DNA from: Candidatus Cloacimonadales bacterium
Lineage (GTDB): Bacteria; Cloacimonadota; Cloacimonadia; Cloacimonadales; JAIOQZ01
Direction: 5' to 3'
NCBI GenBank assembly: GCA_963665815.1
Contig: OY762463.1
Coordinates: forward strand, 1,504,001-1,568,000
Length of the DNA stretch: 64,000 nucleotides
A program made the position numbers and the translations under genes. Under the pieces are notes generated by a model that was given only the letters and a program-made list of their open reading frames with translations, was not told where the DNA came from and did no database searches. Positions 61,456-64,000 of the stretch are shown in pieces. Each line of letters starts with the position of its first letter. Positions within the stretch are counted from its first letter, which is position 1.

Positions 61456-61473
61456 ATAATGCACTTTCTCCAA

Positions 61474-62997
61474 TTAATCGAGTTTACCTACTGTGTTCTC
61501 TACTTCTTCAAGTATTTCACAAGATTTTACAAGTCTTTTCATTTCTGTATGATCAGGATACAATGGCCTGTCTATTTCAAGAAAATCTACATATTTTCTG
61601 ATTACTTCCTTAGCTTTAGTTACTCCGGTTCCAAAGTTATATTCTCTGAAATCAAGTGCTTGAGCTGCTGCCATAAACTCAATACCAATAATACCGTACG
61701 CATTATCAAGAATCTGGAAATTCTTTATTGCAGTATTCATTCCCATTGAAACAAAGTCTTCCTGATCCGCTGCAGCTGGGATTGACTGAATGCAGGCAGG
61801 AGTACTGAGTATTTTCTGCTCTACAATCTGTGTATCGGCAGTATACTGACTGAGCATAAGTCCTGAGAACATACCGGCACCCTTTGTTAGAAAAGCCGGA
61901 AGTCCAACATTCAATGCAGGATGGTTCAGTCTGTTCATTCTTCTCTCAGAAAGAACACAAACCATTGTAACAGCCATTCCAATCATATCCATTGGTAATG
62001 AAACAGGTGTACCCTGAAAGTTTGCTCCGGAAAGCTGAAGTTCTTCATCAGGGAAGAATATTGGGTTGTCCCCAACTCCATTCAATTCGATCTCAACCTG
62101 TGACTTTGCATAGGCGAGTGCATCATGTGCCGCACCTATTATCTGAGGAGTGGATCTCATTGAATATGCATCCTGAACTTTACATTTAATTTTACTGAGA
62201 AAAAGGTCTCCGCCTTCAACACATTTTCTGATAGCTGCCGCAGATCTTTGAGCTCCGGCAAAACCTCTAACCTCGTGAATACGCTTATCATAAGGTTTCA
62301 TATTGGCTTTTAATGCTTCAAGAGACATGGCACAGGCAATTTCAGCTTGTTTAAGAAGATTATTGGCATCGTGAAGGAATATAGCACTCATTGCTGTGAG
62401 AACATTAGAACCATTAATTGTTGCAAGACCATCCCGTGCCATAAGTCCCGGGATCTCAATTCCGGCTTTCTCCAGTGCTGTTTTACCATCGTAAAGCTCA
62501 CCTTCATAGTATGCCTGTCCTTCCCCCATCATAAGCAAAGCTATTTGTGACATAGGAGCAAGGTCACCACAGGCACCAACGGAACCTTTCTGGCAAACAT
62601 AAGGAGTTACACCTTTATTAAGCATCTCTACAAGTGTAAGAGTAATTTCTGGTCTGCATCCGGAGTTTCCGTGAGCATGAACATTTATTCTTCCGACCAT
62701 AGCACCACGTACATACTCAATTGGTGCAGGATCTCCGATACCGGCAGCATGATTATAAATCAGGTACTTCTGAAACTCTTTAACCTGATCATCATCAAGA
62801 ACGACTTCAGAAAATTCACCAATTCCGGTATTTACTCCATACATGATTTCTTTAGCTTCTATCTTTTTCTCCAGCATAGCTCTGCATTTTTTTATTCGCT
62901 CCAGAGCTTCAGGACAAAGTTCCACTTTTTCATTATGTCTGGCAATCCTGACAAGTTTCTCTACTGTTAAACCTGAACCATTAAGTACTATAGCCAT
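61474..62997 (-). CDS. Aromatic amino acid ammonia-lyase (HAL/PAL/TAL family) with Ala-Cys-Gly MIO motif
   Basis: YGVNTGIG, GSVGACGDLAP, INGS, QDAYSMR, DNP, ANFQG, QEDFVSMG. Confidence 0.9.
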   Translation of the reverse strand: MAIVLNGSGLTVEKLVRIARHNEKVELCPEALERIKKCRAMLEKKIEAKEIMYGVNTGIGEFSEVVLDDDQVKEFQKYLIYNHAAGIGDPAPIEYVRGAMVGRINVHAHGNSGCRPEITLTLVEMLNKGVTPYVCQKGSVGACGDLAPMSQIALLMMGEGQAYYEGELYDGKTALEKAGIEIPGLMARDGLATINGSNVLTAMSAIFLHDANNLLKQAEIACAMSLEALKANMKPYDKRIHEVRGFAGAQRSAAAIRKCVEGGDLFLSKIKCKVQDAYSMRSTPQIIGAAHDALAYAKSQVEIELNGVGDNPIFFPDEELQLSGANFQGTPVSLPMDMIGMAVTMVCVLSERRMNRLNHPALNVGLPAFLTKGAGMFSGLMLSQYTADTQIVEQKILSTPACIQSIPAAADQEDFVSMGMNTAIKNFQILDNAYGIIGIEFMAAAQALDFREYNFGTGVTKAKEVIRKYVDFLEIDRPLYPDHTEMKRLVKSCEILEEVENTVGKLD

Positions 62998-63008
62998 TTT
63001 TCCTCCGC

Positions 63009-64000
63009 TTATAGTTTTTCGTGTAATAATTTAATAGTCTTCTCTATATCAGGATAAGCCACACGGTCTTTATCCCAGAATGATACATCATTATTTCTTA
63101 GTTTCATCAATAAATTATATGAAGATCCACTCAAGATTTCCTCAAGAGATTTCTCAGATAAATCATCTTCGCATTTCTGTCTTAACTCAAGAGCCTGACA
63201 GGCTACTATCAATTCAATTGCCAGTATTCTTCTTACATTTTCAAGAATCTCTCTTGATTGACGAGCCGCAATTGTTCCCATTGATACATGATCTTCAACA
63301 TCTTCACTGGTTGGAATTGTATCTACGCTTGCAGGATGAGCAATAACTTTGTTTTCGGATGTTAATGCCGCAGCAGTATATTGCATAATCATTACACCTG
63401 AATTAAGTCCCGGATCCAGAGATAGCATTGATGGAAGTCCGTTATTCAGAAATTCTGAAGTCATTTTAAAAATTCTTCGTTCTGAGATATTACCCAGTTC
63501 AGTTAATGCTATCTTAAGAAAATCACTGTATAATGCAACAGGTTCTCCATGGAAATTACCACCTGAATAAAACTTCTGGTCATTCTCAATATCATGAAAA
63601 ATCAGTGGATTATCTGTTACCGCATTTGATTCTCTTTCAAACACATCATGGCACATATCAATTGTATCTTTCACGGCACCTGCAACCTGAGGAAAGCATC
63701 TGAGTGAATAACTGTCCTGTACTTCTCCCGGTCTGGAATCAACAAGCATACTGCCTTTTCTGTATTCATTTATTAAATCAGCAATCTCAAGCTGACCCTT
63801 CTGATTTCTTATCTCGTGTATTTTTCTGAAGTAGGCATGAGAAACACCTTTCAGCGCTTCGAGGGAAGCACAGAATATTTTAACTGAGTTGTGAAGAAGT
63901 ATCTCTGCTTCATGAAGTGATATCGCAGCAATTGCAGTCATCACGTTTGTACCGTTATTAAGTGCAAGACCTTCCTTAGCATCCAGAACAACTCTTTCAA
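63009..64000 (-). CDS. hutH: Histidine ammonia-lyase, 5' part outside the window
   Basis: KEGLALNNGT (read manually upstream of the track start), QDSYSLRC, GGNFHGEP, SERRI, EDHVSMG. Confidence 0.85.
   Translation of the reverse strand, partial: ERVVLDAKEGLALNNGTNVMTAIAAISLHEAEILLHNSVKIFCASLEALKGVSHAYFRKIHEIRNQKGQLEIADLINEYRKGSMLVDSRPGEVQDSYSLRCFPQVAGAVKDTIDMCHDVFERESNAVTDNPLIFHDIENDQKFYSGGNFHGEPVALYSDFLKIALTELGNISERRIFKMTSEFLNNGLPSMLSLDPGLNSGVMIMQYTAAALTSENKVIAHPASVDTIPTSEDVEDHVSMGTIAARQSREILENVRRILAIELIVACQALELRQKCEDDLSEKSLEEILSGSSYNLLMKLRNNDVSFWDKDRVAYPDIEKTIKLLHEKL

Noticed and set aside
1-64000. Transposases, integrases, prophage genes, CRISPR arrays, rRNA and defence systems
   Set aside because: No supporting motifs were recognised in the translations or intergenic regions

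Overview
This is an AT-rich, gene-dense bacterial chromosomal segment. It is probably from an FCB-related diderm anaerobe; the PNPFNP/FlgD-Ig-type C-terminal sorting domains and PorV suggest a Cloacimonadota-like lineage, but that is inference only. From left to right it holds: (1) secreted CTD-bearing proteins (0-6.8 kb); (2) a fluoride riboswitch ahead of a cation:proton antiporter; (3) a sigma54-type flagellar operon, fliJ-motE/flbB-like-fliK-flgD-TIGR02530-like-flgE-flbD-motAB-fliL-fliM-fliY/N-fliO-fliP-fliQ-fliR, with a giant 1889-aa FliK carrying eight 237-bp tandem repeats, an enlarged FlgE and a GC-rich two-hairpin RNA element in front of flgE; (4) kdsA, separated from kdsC by a ~9.7 kb accessory block (GtrA/flavoenzyme/GT-C-like cassette, three tandem LytS kinases of which one is a pseudokinase, a LytTR regulator and a frameshifted beta-propeller lipoprotein); (5) the housekeeping run kdsC-lptC-lptA-lptB-rpoN-lpdA-lipA-hpf-hprK-ptsH-ptsI-pgi-pgi/pmi-metK-PP2C and tRNA-Leu(CAA); (6) a T9SS-like neighbourhood (PorV, M6 protease with CTD, three paralogous DUF5683-like proteins, SprE/PorW-like TPR lipoprotein); (7) two tandem aromatic amino-acid ammonia-lyases, one with an Ala-Cys-Gly MIO motif. 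The best candidates for undescribed biology are the giant-ruler/enlarged-hook module with its structured flgE leader, and the triple-LytS/pseudokinase system. All family assignments come from motif recognition, not database searches.
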